Below, one piece after another: positions 1 through 14,607 of a stretch of DNA of 64,000 bases. Below the pieces are notes generated by a model that did not search any database, had not been told where the DNA came from, and saw only the letters and a program-made list of their open reading frames with translations. Every line of letters starts with the position of its first letter. Positions within the stretch are counted from its first letter, which is position 1. Location of the stretch: the NCBI GenBank assembly GCA_964016885.1, contig OZ024756.1, positions 3,658,001-3,722,000 on the forward strand, given 5' to 3'. A program made the translations under genes and the position numbers. The stretch is from Eledone cirrhosa (lineage: Eukaryota).

Positions 1-2803
1 GGGTTTACAGTGGTGGTGTGGTGGAGGAAGACTAAAGGGGTTTACAGTGGTGGAGTGGTGGTGGAGGAAGACTAAAGGGGTTTACAGTGGTGGAGTGGTG
101 GTGGAGGAAGACTAAAGGGGTTTACAGTGGTGGAGTGGTGGAGGAGGAAGACTAAAGGGGTTTACAGTGGTGGTGTGGTGGAGGAAGACTAAAGTGGTTT
201 ACAGTGGTGGAGTGGTGGTGGAGGAAGACTAAAGGGGTTTACAGTGGTGGAGTGGTGGTGGAGGAAGACTAAAGGGGTTTACAGTGGTGGAGTGGTGGTG
301 GAGGAAGACTAAATGGGTTTACAGTGGTGGAGTGGTGGAGGAGGTGGACTAAAGGGGTTTACAATGGTGGAGTGGTGGAGGAGGAAGACTAAAGGGGTTT
401 ACTGTGGTGGAGTGGTGGAAGAGGTGGACTAAAGGGGTTTACAGTGGTGGAGTGTTGGTGGAGGAAGACTAAAGGGGTTTACAGTGGTGGAGTGGTGGAG
501 GAGGAAGACTAAAGGGGTTTACAGTGGTGGTGTGGTGGAGGAAGACTAAAGGGGTTTACAGTGGTGGAGTGTTGGTGGAGGAAGACTAAAGGGGTTTACA
601 GTGGTGGAGTGGTGGTGGAGGACTAAAGTGGTTTACAGTGGTGGAGTGGTGGTGGAGGAAGACTAAAGGGGTTTACAGTGGTGGAGTGGTGGTGGAGGAA
701 GACTAAAGGGGTTTACAGTGGTGGAGTGGTGGAGGAAGACTAAAGGGGTTTACAGTGGTGGAGTGGTGGTGGAGGAAGACTAAAGGGGTTTACAGTGGTG
801 GAGTGGTGGTGGAGGAAGACTAAAGGGGTTTACAGTGGTGGAGTGGTGGAGGAGGAAGACTAAAGGGGTTTACAGTGGTGGAGTGGTGGTGGAGGAAGAC
901 TAAAGGGGTTTACAGTGGTGGAGTGGTGGAGGAGGAAGACTAAAGGGGTTTACAGTGGTGGTGTGGTGGAGGAAGACTAAAGGGGTTTACAGTGGTGGAG
1001 TGTTGGTGGAGGAAGACTAAAGGGGTTTACAGTGGTGGAGTGGTGGTGGAGGACTAAAGTGGTTTACAGTGGTGGAGTGGTGGTGGAGGAAGACTAAATG
1101 GGTTTACAGTGGTGGTGTGGTGGAGGAAGATTAAAGGGGTTTACAGTGGTGGAGTGTTGGTGGAGGAAGACTAAAGGGGTTTACAGTGGTGGAGTGGTGG
1201 TGGAGGACTAAAGTGGTTTACAGTGGTGGAGTGGTGGTGGAGGAAGACTAAATGGGTTTACAGTGGTGGAGTGGTGGTGGAGGAAGACTAAAGGGGTTTA
1301 CAGTGGTGGAGTGGTGGAGGAAGACTAAAGGGGTTTACAGTGGTGGAGTGGTGGAGGAAGACTAAAGGGGTTTACAGTGGTGGAGTGGTGGTGGAGGAAG
1401 ACTAAAGGGGTTTACAGTGGTGGAGTGGTGGAGGAGGAAGACTAAAGGGGTTTACAGTGGTGGTGTGGTGGAGGAAGACTAAAGGGGTTTACAGTGGTGG
1501 AGTGTTGGTGGAGGAAGACTAAAGGGGTTTACAGTGGTGGAGTGGTGGTGGAGGACTAAAGTGGTTTACAGTGGTGGAGTGGTGGTGGAGGAAGACTAAA
1601 GGGGTTTACAGTGGTGGAGTGGTGGTGGAGGAAGACTAAAGGGGTTTACAGTGGTGGAGTGGTGGAGGAAGACTAAAGGGGTTTACAGTGGTGGAGTGGT
1701 GGAGGAAGACTAAAGGGGTTTACAGTGGTGGAGTGGTGGAGGAAGACTAAAGGAGTTTACAGTGGTGGAGTGGTGGAGGAGGAAGACTAAAGGGGTTTAC
1801 AGTGGTGGAGTGGTGGAGGAGGTGGACTAAAGGGGTTTACAATGGTGGAGTGGTGGAGGAGGAAGACTAAAGGGGTTTACAGTGGTGGAGTGGTGGAGGA
1901 GGTGGACTAAAGGGGTTTACAATGGTGGAGTGGTGGAGGAGGAAGACTAAAGGGGTTTACTGTGGTGGAGTGGTGGAAGAGGTGGACTAAAGGGGTTTAC
2001 AATGGTGGAGTGGTGGAGGAGGTGGACTAATGGAGTTTACAGTGGTGGAGTGGTGGAGGAGGTGGACTAAAGGGGTTTACAATGGTGGAGTGGTGGAGGA
2101 AGACTAAAGGGGTTTACAGTGGTGGAGTGGTGGAGGAAGTGGACTAAAGGGGTTTGCAGTGGTGGAGTGGTGGAGGAGGTGGACTAAAGGGGTTTGCAGT
2201 GGTGGAGTGGTGGAGGAGGTGGACTAAAGGAGTTTACAGTGGTGGAGTGGTGGAGGAGGTGGACTAAAGGGGTTTACAGTGGTGGAGTGGTGGATGAGGT
2301 GGACTAAAGGGGTTTGCAGTGGTGGAGTGGTGGAGGAGGTGGACTAAAGGAGTTTACAGTGGTGGAGTGGTGGAGGAGGAAGACTAAAGGGGTTTACAGT
2401 GGTGGAGTGGTGGATGAGGTGGACTAAAGGGGTTTGCAGTGGTGGAGTGGTGGAGGAGGAAGACTAAAGGAGTTTACAGTGGTGGAGTGGTGGAGGAGGT
2501 GGACTAAAGGGGTTTACAGTGGTGGAGTGGTGGAGGAGGAAGACTAAAGGGGTTTACAGTGGTGGAGTGGTGGAGGAGGAAGACTAAAGGAGTTTACAGT
2601 GGTGGAGTGGTGGAGGAGGAAGACTAAAGGGGTTTACAGTGGTGGAGTGGTGGAGGAGGAAGACTAAAGGGGTTTACAGTGGTGGAGTGGTGGAGGAGGA
2701 AGACTAAAGGAGTTTACAGTGGTGGAGTGGTGGAGGAGGAAGACTAAAGGGGTTTACAGTGGTGGTGTGGTGGAGGAAGACTAAAGGGGTTTACAGTGGT
2801 GGA
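1..2803. repeat. G-rich 40-bp minisatellite (GGGGTTTACAGTGGTGGAGTGGTGGTGGAGGAAGACTAAA), ~70 copies, with 37-bp variants; starts before the window
   Basis: Direct reading of tandem units. Confidence 0.97.
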
Positions 2804-2805
2804 AT

Positions 2806-3005
2806 TACTCTATATCTACTGTTGTATTTATCGGTAAAGGCTTTATCTCACATAATTATCCCATAATATCGAAACTATGATATTTTGATATTATTTATAT
2901 AATAATACGTTAACATCAGTATGAGTGGCCAGTTACAGTCGGTTTGAACAGAAAGAGATGTGAGAGAAATCTGGCCAGATATTTGGTTTAAAAGCTAAAG
3001 TGTTT
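2806..3005. mobile_element. Partial copy of the piggyBac-like MITE seen at 32304-32522
   Basis: Similar internal sequence and right end (AAAGCTAAAGTGTTTAA vs AATGCTAAAGGGTTAA). Confidence 0.6.
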
Positions 3006-3084
3006 AACTGAATACTGTTTACTTTTCTTTTCTTTTCTCTTCTCACTTTCTATCTTTCTCTTTCTTCCTTTATTTATCATTTCT

Positions 3085-3121
3085 GTCTTGTGATGAAGGA
3101 CTAGTGTCCGAAAGATAAGAC
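3085..3121 (+). ncRNA. Degenerate minimal type I HHR (family D)
   Basis: gtctt-GTGATGA-aggac tagt gtcc-GAAA...aagac; core C3 mutated. Confidence 0.5.
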
Positions 3122-3688
3122 ATATTTTCCTATTATTTCAAGCGTTAAAGTAATATATTTCTTCATTGTACTCTGTCGTTGCTTTATATATATGCTATTT
3201 CATAGTATCTACGCACATGGGTAGACCATTGTTTATGTACATCTATCCAAAATCAGCACGGCCCGCCGAAAGGCGCTGCAGTGCCGTAAAAGTCAACTTC
3301 CTGCTACTAGTATGCTGGTAAGCTAGTACAACGTATCTCCAGACGGATAGAGTGTGTCCGTAGCTTTGGTTAGCGACTACTCTAGTGCTTGCAACACAAA
3401 CAATTAGGGCGAGGGTATAAATGCCAGGTTGGTATCTGGCGCCGGGTAACCCACCACACGGAGGAGAAAGCACCTTCTTCAAGACTTGGCTGTAAAATTC
3501 TTTCACATGTGTGTAGTAGTGGCGCCCACAAACATTATTACCTATTTGAAAAGACTGACTGCACCAAGGTTCCGGTTCCTCAGGGAACCACACTATATGG
3601 GGGACAGGGAATTCTGGGGCATGAGGGTGAGATCCATCATCTCGACAGTAGTCGAAGAATGATGATGATGATGACATCTATGTATCTA

Positions 3689-4074
<386 letters not shown>

Positions 4075-4222
4075 AGTATATGTTGGTTGTTTACCGACCT
4101 CTCAGTATGCAGATTGGAGCACTCGACGAAGTACGCAGGTTGGTTTGTTTACTCCGGAGTAATGTGAAATAATTAAGTCAAATATGTAAAATGTGGCTTC
4201 GTTTATTATAAATTATAAATAT

Positions 4223-4277
4223 ACTGCTATATATATTTCGGTGACAGCCATCATGGGCTGTGATATCTTCAGGTTGA
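4223..4277 (-). ncRNA. Type I HHR (family C), stem I degenerate, in a fold-back repeat ~4165-4470
   Basis: Reverse complement CTGAAGA-tatcacagcc..tggctgtcacc-GAAA-tatatata-gcagt. Confidence 0.65.
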
Positions 4278-4463
4278 ATTGGTGTGGGAAAGACAGGTAC
4301 ACACGTTGTTGAAGTGTGTTTTACTCCGTCAATACATCGGTATGTCCAGCTCCTGGTTGTGTTGTTATTTCTCCGAGGAACTGATGGCTGTCACCGAAAT
4401 ATATATAGCAGTATATCTATAATTTATAATAAACGAAGCCAAATTTTACATATTTGACTTAAT

Positions 4464-4515
<52 letters not shown>

Positions 4516-4579
4516 TAAAGATAAACCTGTTTACTAAAAGGAGCTGCATATGCAACACGCCAATCAGTAAATAATTGTG

Positions 4580-4693
4580 TCTACTATTGGCACAAGGCCA
4601 GCAATTACCCAGTGCATTACTGGTACTTTATTTTATCGACCCCGTAAGGATGAAAGGCAACGTCAACCTCGGCGGGATTTGAACTCAGATCGT
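4580..4693 (-). mobile_element. Octopod-type tRNA-derived SINE, 5'-truncated
   Basis: Reverse complement of GAGTTCAAATCCCGCCGAGGTTGAC.TTGCCTTTCATCCTTACGGGGTCGATAAAATAAAGTACCAG. Confidence 0.85.
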
Positions 4694-4988
4694 TAAGGAT
4701 CAGTAAATAATGATGCACTTCAATTCAAGCACTCAACGTCATGTTTTTTCTTCCAAATATCAGTTGTCAGTCAGTGACGGAATATATGTATACCTACATA
4801 TGTAACTCTATACAGAATTTCGCATTTTCCTCTCTCTCTCTCTCTTTCTTTCTCTCTCTCTCTCTGTCTCTCACTCTCTCTCTCTCTTCTTATCTCTCTG
4901 CTTCTGTATATATATATATATATATATATTTATTAAAATAACAGATTAAATTTAGGCAAAGGTTACCGCTTGATATAGTAGGAAGAGG

Positions 4989-5025
4989 GTCTTAACGTTT
5001 CGGACGCTAGTCCTACATCAGAAGA
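4989..5025 (-). ncRNA. Minimal type I HHR (family D), A9 variant
   Basis: Reverse complement tctt-CTGATGT-aggac tagc gtcc-GAAAC-GTT-aaga. Confidence 0.6.
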
Positions 5026-5606
5026 AAGAAGGAGAAATAAGATAGATTGAAGTGCCGGGTTGGTTGGAATTGGATAAAAATGTCTCTAGATAAAAATAAC
5101 AGGTCCATTCATGTTAACATCTCTTGGAAAATGTATATATATATATATATCTTACATGTGAGCTCTCATCTGATGATATCTTCAATTATATTCTCTGATG
5201 TCCCAAAGATTAACTTTTAATTATATTCTCTGATGTCCGATATTAACTTTGTTTCTCTATAATTACCTCATGCTGAACTGTTTTACAAGACTGTGAATTG
5301 GCAGAGTCGTTAGAATGATCTGTGGTACTTATTTCGGCTCTCTGCTCTCTGAATTCAAATCCCGTCAAAGTCAACTTTACCTTGGAGTTTTTCACGATCG
5401 ATAAAAATGTACCAGTTTAGTACTAGGGTCGACTCGTTTTCTATGTCTCTCTCACACTTCCTCCCTTTCACTTTCTATCCTTCTCTGGGAGAAAGCTGCT
5501 GTATTCAGGCCTGGAGAGCAGGTGGGCACCACCAGGTTTTAAAATGCCCCAGAAATCCGTATATCACTACGGTGCAGCTACGAATCTCTCAGGAGTTCTT
5601 GTGACG

Positions 5607-6030
5607 CTAAACTCCGTAAGTTGCAGACTGCGCATCAACATGTAATATCTCTCGCCACAAAGTTCGATCACCAACAGCAGAGTTCAAAGAGCAAAGATCA
5701 AGTCCAGTCCATAAGTTGACATTATCAAGCCATCGTTTTGGCTGCCGGCCTCTGCTTCTCTTACCAGCCAACCTTCCGTCCAGGCATAACCTACTCACAC
5801 CACGAGTTGATCTTTTTATATGACCGTATAGTTTGAGTACTCTTGACCTGACAATTGATGTAATTGGTCTAATTTTGGTAATGTTGAGCAGCTCACTGAT
5901 ACAGATATGGTCGCTGAGACGCTTGCCAGTCATAAATTACATGATGTGGTTCTGGAATGAGGAGAGCTTCTGAAGTGACCTTGTCGTCTAATTAACACAG
6001 TCAAGACCATATAACACAACTGGTAGATGT
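5607..6030 (-). pseudogene. 3' end of a LINE (RTE-like) reverse transcriptase ORF
   Basis: LPVVLYG...LKLYGHIKR...GKRSRGRQPKRWLDNV...DRTLWR motifs; stops upstream. Confidence 0.85.
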
Positions 6031-7203
6031 TAGGGGACTCTAATAGAGAACTATTTCACAAATCATAAATGTGATGTGTCAGATTCCTTTCAATAACAAC
6101 CATGCCGATACTTATTAACCTTAGCACATGCATCGTTGGGTCACATTATCCAAAGTATGCTCTATTTATTTATTTATTTTTGTATGATATGGGAGAGATT
6201 TAGTTCCTATTCCTAACAATGAACAAGTATGAGTGTATAAATGTAGCTGTAACTTCACGTTGAGTCGTAGAGGTGCCATCATGATATATTTAGCATGTCT
6301 TGGCTTTTTATAAACCTAGCAGAGATCATCTCCTGTCCAGGTCTAAACACAGTCGATTACTTCTAATGAAGGGGAGAACGAGAGATAGAGAGGAAATAAG
6401 AAAGAGGGGTAAAAGAAGAATCGACTCCAATACTTAACTGGTACGCTTCTTTATCGACCTTGAATGGATGAAAGGCAACGTTAACCTCGGTTACAGCCAT
6501 CATGGGATGTGACCTCTTCAGGCAGTCCGAATTGGTGTGGGAAAGACAGGTACACATGTTGTTGAAGTGTGTTTTACTCCGTCAATACATCGATATGTCT
6601 AGCTCCTGGTTGGGTTGTTATTTCTAAACAAATACCTCAATGTATTCTATCCGGCGTTCTAACGACTTTGCCAGTTCACATAGGGTAATTATAGTAAAAC
6701 AAAATTATTATCGAGACGCAGTGTTGGAACAAATACTGTAACACACTTTATCGGACGTTCTACCATTTCTCTAGCAGGGTATATCGTATTTAAATATCGT
6801 CGGCGACTGCAGTGAAATGAAACAAAAGAAGTGATATTACTGGAAATTAATAAGCAATTAATTTACTGTTTGATTTCTTTTAAAGGAAATCACTTTACAA
6901 CAAAGGGGACACTACACTGTTGATAGAGGCTATTAAAAGGCCATGTGTATACATGTGCTCGGGCACATACACCAATACTCATACACATACACACATATAA
7001 TAAAGAAAAAATAGAAATACACAGTATTTAATTATATATTCTCAGACATAAAAGGTTGATTAAACAATGGATTCTAAATGGAATGAATAAACAAAATCTT
7101 TTGATTTCTTTGGTTAAATCATTTTCTTCTTCTTCTTTGCCTTCTTTTTCTTTTTCTTATTCTTTTTCTTTTTCTTCTCCTTCATCATCATCATCATCAT
7201 CAT

Positions 7204-7264
<61 letters not shown>

Positions 7265-7574
7265 GCTGCTGTTGCTGCTACTACTACTCCGCTCCCCTCT
7301 TTGTACTGTATTTCTTCCGAACGAATTCAATTTAGCAAGTAACAACTTGTTGTTCCCTGACTGCTAAGCTATCAACACTTCCGGGTGAAAGACCCCGCTT
7401 TCTGAATAATACAATATAGATCCATCCTACTTGAAGTCTCACCCTGAACAAAGCTTTAATTAAGAGAAACTTCAAGTTTTTCTGTTTGATCTCATAGCTT
7501 TGGCTATTGTTATTCACATAATACCATGACTCTTTCCGTACAGTCTTACCTTATTTATATATTACTATTTATTC

Positions 7575-7858
7575 GGGCTCAAATATTTACACCAGCTCAA
7601 ATATTTAAAACAAGCTCAAATATTTAAAACAAGTTAAAATATTTAAACCAGGATCAAATATTTACACCAGCACAAATATTTCAAATAAATTAGAATATTT
7701 AAACCAAGCTCAAATATTTAAAACAAGTTCCAATATTTAGACCAGCACAAATATTTTAAACAAGTTAAAATATTTAAAACAAATTAAAATATTTAAACCA
7801 GGATCAAATATTTACACCAGCACAAATATTTAAAATAAATTAAAATATTTAAACTAGC
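7575..7858. repeat. Degenerate ~21-23-bp AT-rich minisatellite (CAAATATTTAAAACAAG-like)
   Basis: Recurrent AAATATTT core. Confidence 0.85.
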
Positions 7859-8337
7859 AATTTCGTTCATTGATCGATTATCTAGAGACAATTTTTTTCA
7901 AAGAATCACCTCAGGTGGCATGAAGACTTACGATTTCTGAAAAGGGCTATAGTCTATTTTGGACTTTATATGGATCGTAATTGATTTGTGATAGTTCATT
8001 GAACCCGAAGTAAGTTCAACACCGGTGAGTCATTTTAACCATCAATATGAGCACAAAAACTAAGGCTTTCATTTTACATTTATAATTTATTTCATTGTAT
8101 CTGTTTGTCGAGAGGTCTGTGGGCTGCTAACTGAAACAATTTCACTTCAACAACAGAATATTAAAGTGAAAACTACGAAGATATTAAAGTGAAAACAACG
8201 AATATTAAAGTGAAAACAACGAAGATATGTTATCATACAATTTACAAAATCTATCACCCCTTGATGGATAGCCATGATACAAATATTTACAGGCAGAAAT
8301 GAAGAGTAGGTTTGATGAGGGCTTTTATTATCAAAAA

Positions 8338-8555
8338 TCGGCGTTGAATTGGCAGCATCGGTAGAGGGTCGTACAACACAATTCGCGGCATAGAATTACA
8401 GCCGTTACGTTCTGAGTTCAAATCTCGCCGAGGTTAGCTTTGATTTTCATCCTTATGGGGTCGATAAAATAAAGCACCAGTAAACTACTGGGGTTGATTT
8501 AATCGACTTTCCTCAAATCCCAAAATATGTTGGCCTTGTGCCTAAATCACAAACT
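8338..8555 (+). mobile_element. Octopod-type tRNA-derived SINE, full length
   Basis: A-box TGGCAGCATCGG, B-box GTTCAAATC, family body and GGCCTTGTGCC tail. Confidence 0.88.
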
Positions 8556-9499
8556 TTTGTGAATCTCGAAGCTTTTAAGTGGGTCTAGTAAGATATAAAC
8601 AGGAGTGTTTACGTCAGCAAATATATGAAGATTTATCTATATAATATTTATAGTGGAGATGCGTACGTGTTTGAGTGGGTGACATAACGAGACCCCCTCA
8701 TACACCTACATACACAGGCCCTGCTTTCTTACTACGCATCATTCCTGCAGATTACGTCATGCTTCCTATATATACATATATACATCTATCTATCTATTTA
8801 TCTCTTATATATAAATATATATATTTATATATGCACATATATATATATATATATATATATATACATGCATATATATATATATGCATATATATATAGACAT
8901 ACATGCATATATATATATACATATATATATATATGTATATATGTATATAGGTATATGTATATATATTCATTTCCGGTAAATAAAATTCAATTTAGTGACG
9001 AGCTTCTATCTTTATAATTTCCTCGCCCAAGAGAGGTTGAGTTACAACCACAGAGTGTGCTGCCCCCTGTTGTTAAAACAGACCTAAACAAACCACGTGA
9101 TTGTTGAAATATCACAATTGTCATAAATGTCATCATAATTGTTTTCGAAGAAATTTTTGTGCGTAGGTGGGTGGAGGAATGGGGGGGGGGGGCGGATTAT
9201 GGTCTGGTCACACTGTTTAGCAGACACAAATACTGCCTTCTTCTTTTTCGTGGTAGTGGTGTTGGTGGTGGTGGTGGTGGTGGCGGTGGTGGTAGTAGTG
9301 TTTACAGTGTGGGAGTGTCTCAGATGAAGAATAAAAGAAAGACAGATAACCGTCCATACCTTGCACAATCACGTGATCTTGGCATCTCCTTTGTGAGAAA
9401 CAAACATGGAGGAAGATGACATCACTTACACAGATGCTGAGTGAAGTCGAATGACTCAGATTGCACCGTGCTGAGATTCAAGGAAATCATAATACACAC

Positions 9500-9578
<79 letters not shown>

Positions 9579-9706
9579 AAAGTTTTATTTAAAATTGTTG
9601 GGTTACAACAAGTAAATATTTTATAACCGATATAAAGCACTCGACAAGTTTTTGGAGTAGATATACGATATTAAACAAATGGAAACTATATTTATAAAAC
9701 CATATT

Positions 9707-9771
9707 TATTTCATTATACATATTTCAGGGATACCAAATTAAATTATGGTATGCCTTCGTCAGACAAAATA
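9707..9771 (-). ncRNA. Type I HHR (family A), left arm of palindrome ~9660-10030
   Basis: Reverse complement tattttgt-CTGACGA-aggcatacca..tggtatccct-GAAA-tatgt-ATA-atgaaata. Confidence 0.85.
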
Positions 9772-9922
9772 CAATATATAACAGTTCTACAAATAAGCGT
9801 TGACGTACCCTATTAAAATACAACCATTGTTTTTGGAAGTAAATCTGGATATTACTTCCAAAAACAATGGTTGTATTTTAATAGGGTACGTCAACGCTTA
9901 TTTGTAGAACTGTTATATATTG

Positions 9923-9987
9923 TATTTTGTCTGATGAAGGCATACCATAATTTAATTTGGTATCCCTGAAATATGTATAATGAAATA
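9923..9987 (+). ncRNA. Type I HHR (family A), right arm
   Basis: tattttgt-CTGATGA-stem II-GAAA-tatgt-ATA-atgaaata. Confidence 0.85.
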
Positions 9988-10031
9988 AATATGGTTTTAT
10001 AAATATAGTTTCCATTTATTAATATCGTATA

Positions 10032-10062
<31 letters not shown>

Positions 10063-10169
10063 GTATATATATATTATATATCGCCGTATTTTGACTAAAG
10101 AAATTAAAGAAATTATTTAGCCTGATAGTGGGGTTAAGAACCCTAGGAGAAATGGAAAAAGATGAGTAT

Positions 10170-10242
10170 TGACGTACATGGGAGTCGAACCCATATCTTT
10201 GGTTATCCGGACCACTGTGCTACCATTTAAAACCAGCACATC
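10170..10242 (-). pseudogene. tRNA-like sequence inside a duplicated/inverted repeat (10078-10690)
   Basis: Cloverleaf-compatible; T-arm GGGTTCGACTCCC; 7-nt loop CCGGATA. Confidence 0.55.
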
Positions 10243-10468
10243 ACCAGTCTTTTTCCATTCAAATTAGAAGCTATAAACTTAGCGACTTTAATGTCAAGTA
10301 AGAATATTCTCGAAACAGCGAGTGGATTTGAAAGTATTCTGACTAAAGAAATTAAAGAAATTATTTAGCCTGATAGTGGGGTTAAGAACCCTCGGAGAAA
10401 TGGAAAAAGATGAGTATTGACGTACATGGGAGTCGAACACACATCTTTTTGAATGAAAAAAAACGGGT

Positions 10469-10540
10469 GATGTGTTGGTGTAAATGGTGGGACAGTGGTC
10501 TGGATAACCAAAGATGTGGGTTCGACTCCCATGTACGTCA
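10469..10540 (+). pseudogene. tRNA-like sequence (apparent anticodon GGA, short variable loop); probably a repeat head
   Basis: GATGTGT/GTACGTC acceptor with G-U pairs, TGGT-CTGGATA-ACCA arm, GTGGG-TTCGACT-CCCAT arm. Confidence 0.55.
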
Positions 10541-10687
10541 ATGCTGATCTTTTTCCATTTCTCCGAGGGTTCTTAACCCCACTATCAGGCTAAATAATTT
10601 CTTTAATTTCTTTAGTCAAAATACGGCGATAGCTTACATTTCTAATAATTTCAAACCCACTCGCTGTTTCGAAAATATTCTTACTTG

Positions 10688-11258
<571 letters not shown>

Positions 11259-12273
11259 GAGAGAGAGAATGGTGGAGGAACTGCTAAAAGTCAACGGACA
11301 ACCACCTCAACTGTGGGTTAAATAGCCTCACCAACCTGCAATTGGGCAACCATTGCGAGTACTGCTACACCCCTGACCAAGACCAAACAGAAAGTGGTGG
11401 GGGTTAACCAGGGAGGGATTCTCCGAACAGGAGTGAAAAGGCCTTGTATTGTATAGTATATATATACATATATATTATAACGAGATAGGTCCCGACAGCT
11501 GAGCTGTTGCTATTTCGCCAGCTAGTTCTGGAACTAGCTGCTGATACGGCAAGAGCTCAGCTGTCGGGTCTTGACTCTTTATTATATAACCATACTCTAC
11601 TACTTCAAGTATCGAGTACTCTGTTGAGTAATGGTTTAACTAGTTTCAATCTGATTCCCTCCTGATGTTTATATATATATACAGCTTCAAAATACTGAGG
11701 ATATGCCCTGTATCATAACGGCAGCGCCAGAGCAAGAGATCGAATCCCCGAACTTATGATCGTGTTCCATACTCTATCTAATGGTCCTGGGTGTGATACA
11801 TTTGATCACAAACCTGAAACACATATATAAATAAAGTCCCTCGACATATGTGGTGAAAGGTCAGAATGAAATATGTGTAGCGGTTCTTTGAAACAACAGC
11901 CTGGTCCTTGGGAACTTTATCGCAAACATTCAACCCCTACCGCTCTACTGTTTGATGATGACTTTCCTCACTTGAAGACCCCGATAAAACAAAATAAATG
12001 ATGAAATGTGCTGCCCTTTTCTCTTTCTGACTAAGTTATAAAAAGATGGGGCTGACCTGTGATTAAACAATTGATACCATCCCTTTGAAGTGCCCTGTGT
12101 AGTTTCAGTTTGTCGTTCGACTAAACCTTGGCTAGCGGAAGACTTCCTTCCTGTTATTTACACTTCATCTTGATTGGTTTGAGATCAATACTCTTTTACT
12201 GTTCACTTTAGTATTGTTCCCTCCCTACTCTCTCTTTTTCCATCTCTCTCTCTCTTTATACACACACACACAC

Positions 12274-12306
<33 letters not shown>

Positions 12307-12424
12307 AATGAAAGATATATATAGATAGATATATATATATAATATATAATATGTATATATACAGAGAGAGAAATAGGCATATTTGTGTAGGGGGTGTATT
12401 TGTATATATTTATAAATATGTAAA

Positions 12425-12480
<56 letters not shown>

Positions 12481-12608
12481 AAAGTTCTATTTAAAATTGT
12501 TGGGATACAACAAGTAAATATTTTTATAACTGATATAAAGCACTCGACAAGTATTTGGAGTAGATATACGATATTAATAAATGGAAACTATATTTATAAA
12601 ACCATATT

Positions 12609-12673
12609 TATTTCATTATACATATTTCAGGGATACCAAATTAAATTATGGTATGCCTTCATCAGACAAAATA
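12609..12673 (-). ncRNA. Type I HHR (family A)
   Basis: Same motif as 9923-9987 on the minus strand. Confidence 0.85.
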
Positions 12674-13275
12674 CAATATATAACAGTTTTACAAATAAGC
12701 TTTGACGTACCCTATTAAAATGCAACCATAGTTTTTAGAAGTCACCCGGATGACTTCCAAAAACAATTTTCTGCTTCCCTAACTATATATATATATATAT
12801 ATACTAAGAATAATGAGTTCTAAATTCAAGCAGTCCTTTACAATGAAATAGCTCAAAGAAAGAAGTATTTCTGAGCCGTGTAATACAAGTTAATATAAAT
12901 TAATTAATACAGAACGAGTATGCGGCAGCTAGAAACTGGAAAAACATGTGCATTAAACAGTCTTTTTAAATATTTTGAAGTGAAGCATACCAATTGTTCA
13001 GGATACTTACATCTCGAAACTTATTTGGATTTTGAAGTTTAAACTTATCTACGGAACAGGTTTGATTTTGAAATTTAAATTTGTCTAAGTACCACGTCCA
13101 TTTGCCAATATCGTTTGTTTTTATTGATTTATTATTTTAAATTATTTTAAATCGAGACAGGCAAACTGTATTATTATAATTAGTATTTTTCAACCTAGCT
13201 AACTTAGTTTTTTACAATACAAACACTTATATGTTGGTATTTGTGTTTTATCATATATATTAATTTATATTAACT

Positions 13276-13332
<57 letters not shown>

Positions 13333-13620
13333 TCACCTCTCATTATTCTCTCTTCCCCTCTCGCTCTCTCTCTTGTTCAGGCCGTTCTCCTCTCACACTC
13401 TCCCCTTGTCTACAACAGAATAGACTTCATTAGTTTCTGTTAAGTTATTTTACACAGAAAAGGATGTCGGCTGGATAAAGGGGTCAGGAGTAAGGTCCCC
13501 GTGTTTATTAACTTAAACCTGGAGTAAATGTTGTTGGGGCCTTAATAAACCTTTCATTAATAACAACTCTTTGAAACTCTACACCAACGCCATTGTACAG
13601 AGCATTGCGCCTGTATGATA

Positions 13621-13721
<101 letters not shown>

Positions 13722-13733
13722 TGTATACACATA

Positions 13734-13787
<54 letters not shown>

Positions 13788-13950
13788 TGTATACACATAT
13801 ATAGATATATATATATATATCTATATCTACACATATATAGATATATATATGTATATATATATACATATATATGTATATGTACATATATATATATATACAC
13901 ATATATATATATATGTACATATATATATATATACATATATATATATGTAC

Positions 13951-13983
<33 letters not shown>

Positions 13984-14001
13984 CATATATATATATGTAT
14001 A

Positions 14002-14070
<69 letters not shown>

Positions 14071-14607
14071 ATATTTGGGGAGGGTCATATTTGCGTAATA
14101 TTGCCAGAATTAATAACAGAACACACTCACTGTTTGGTTGGTTTTCGCTTCTCGCTGTCTTTTATATATATATATCTGCGATCTAACTTACTCGGTCCTC
14201 AATGTTGCCATTGACTGACCGGCGGTAAAAAATAATACAGATACAATATAGACACAAACACATATATATAGTTTACATAATTTACATAAATCTTTCTTTG
14301 CACATCTGCAACATCGTCAGTGGTGTTATATTCATTGTTCCTCCTGTTGTGTTGTATGTCTACGCCATTTTTTTTTTTTGTTCAGTCTGTCTATATATTT
14401 ATTTATTTATTTGCTTGTTTGTTTATCTTATTTTATTTTGTCTTCTTTGCGCATGCGTTTGCGTGTGTGTATAGTGTTATGTGTTATGTGTGATGTGTGA
14501 CTAGTGTGTATAGTGTTGTGTCTGCTGGGTGACTAGTGTGTGTTTATGTGCTTGTGTATGTATTTATTTATCTTATTTTATTTAATTTTATTTACTTATT
14601 TACTTAT

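Noticed and set aside
1-2803. CRISPR-like or telomeric array
   Set aside because: No unique spacers, no TTAGGG unit, eukaryotic context
6487-6527. Family C HHR on the minus strand
   Set aside because: GAAA and stem III are replaced by a SINE junction; incomplete
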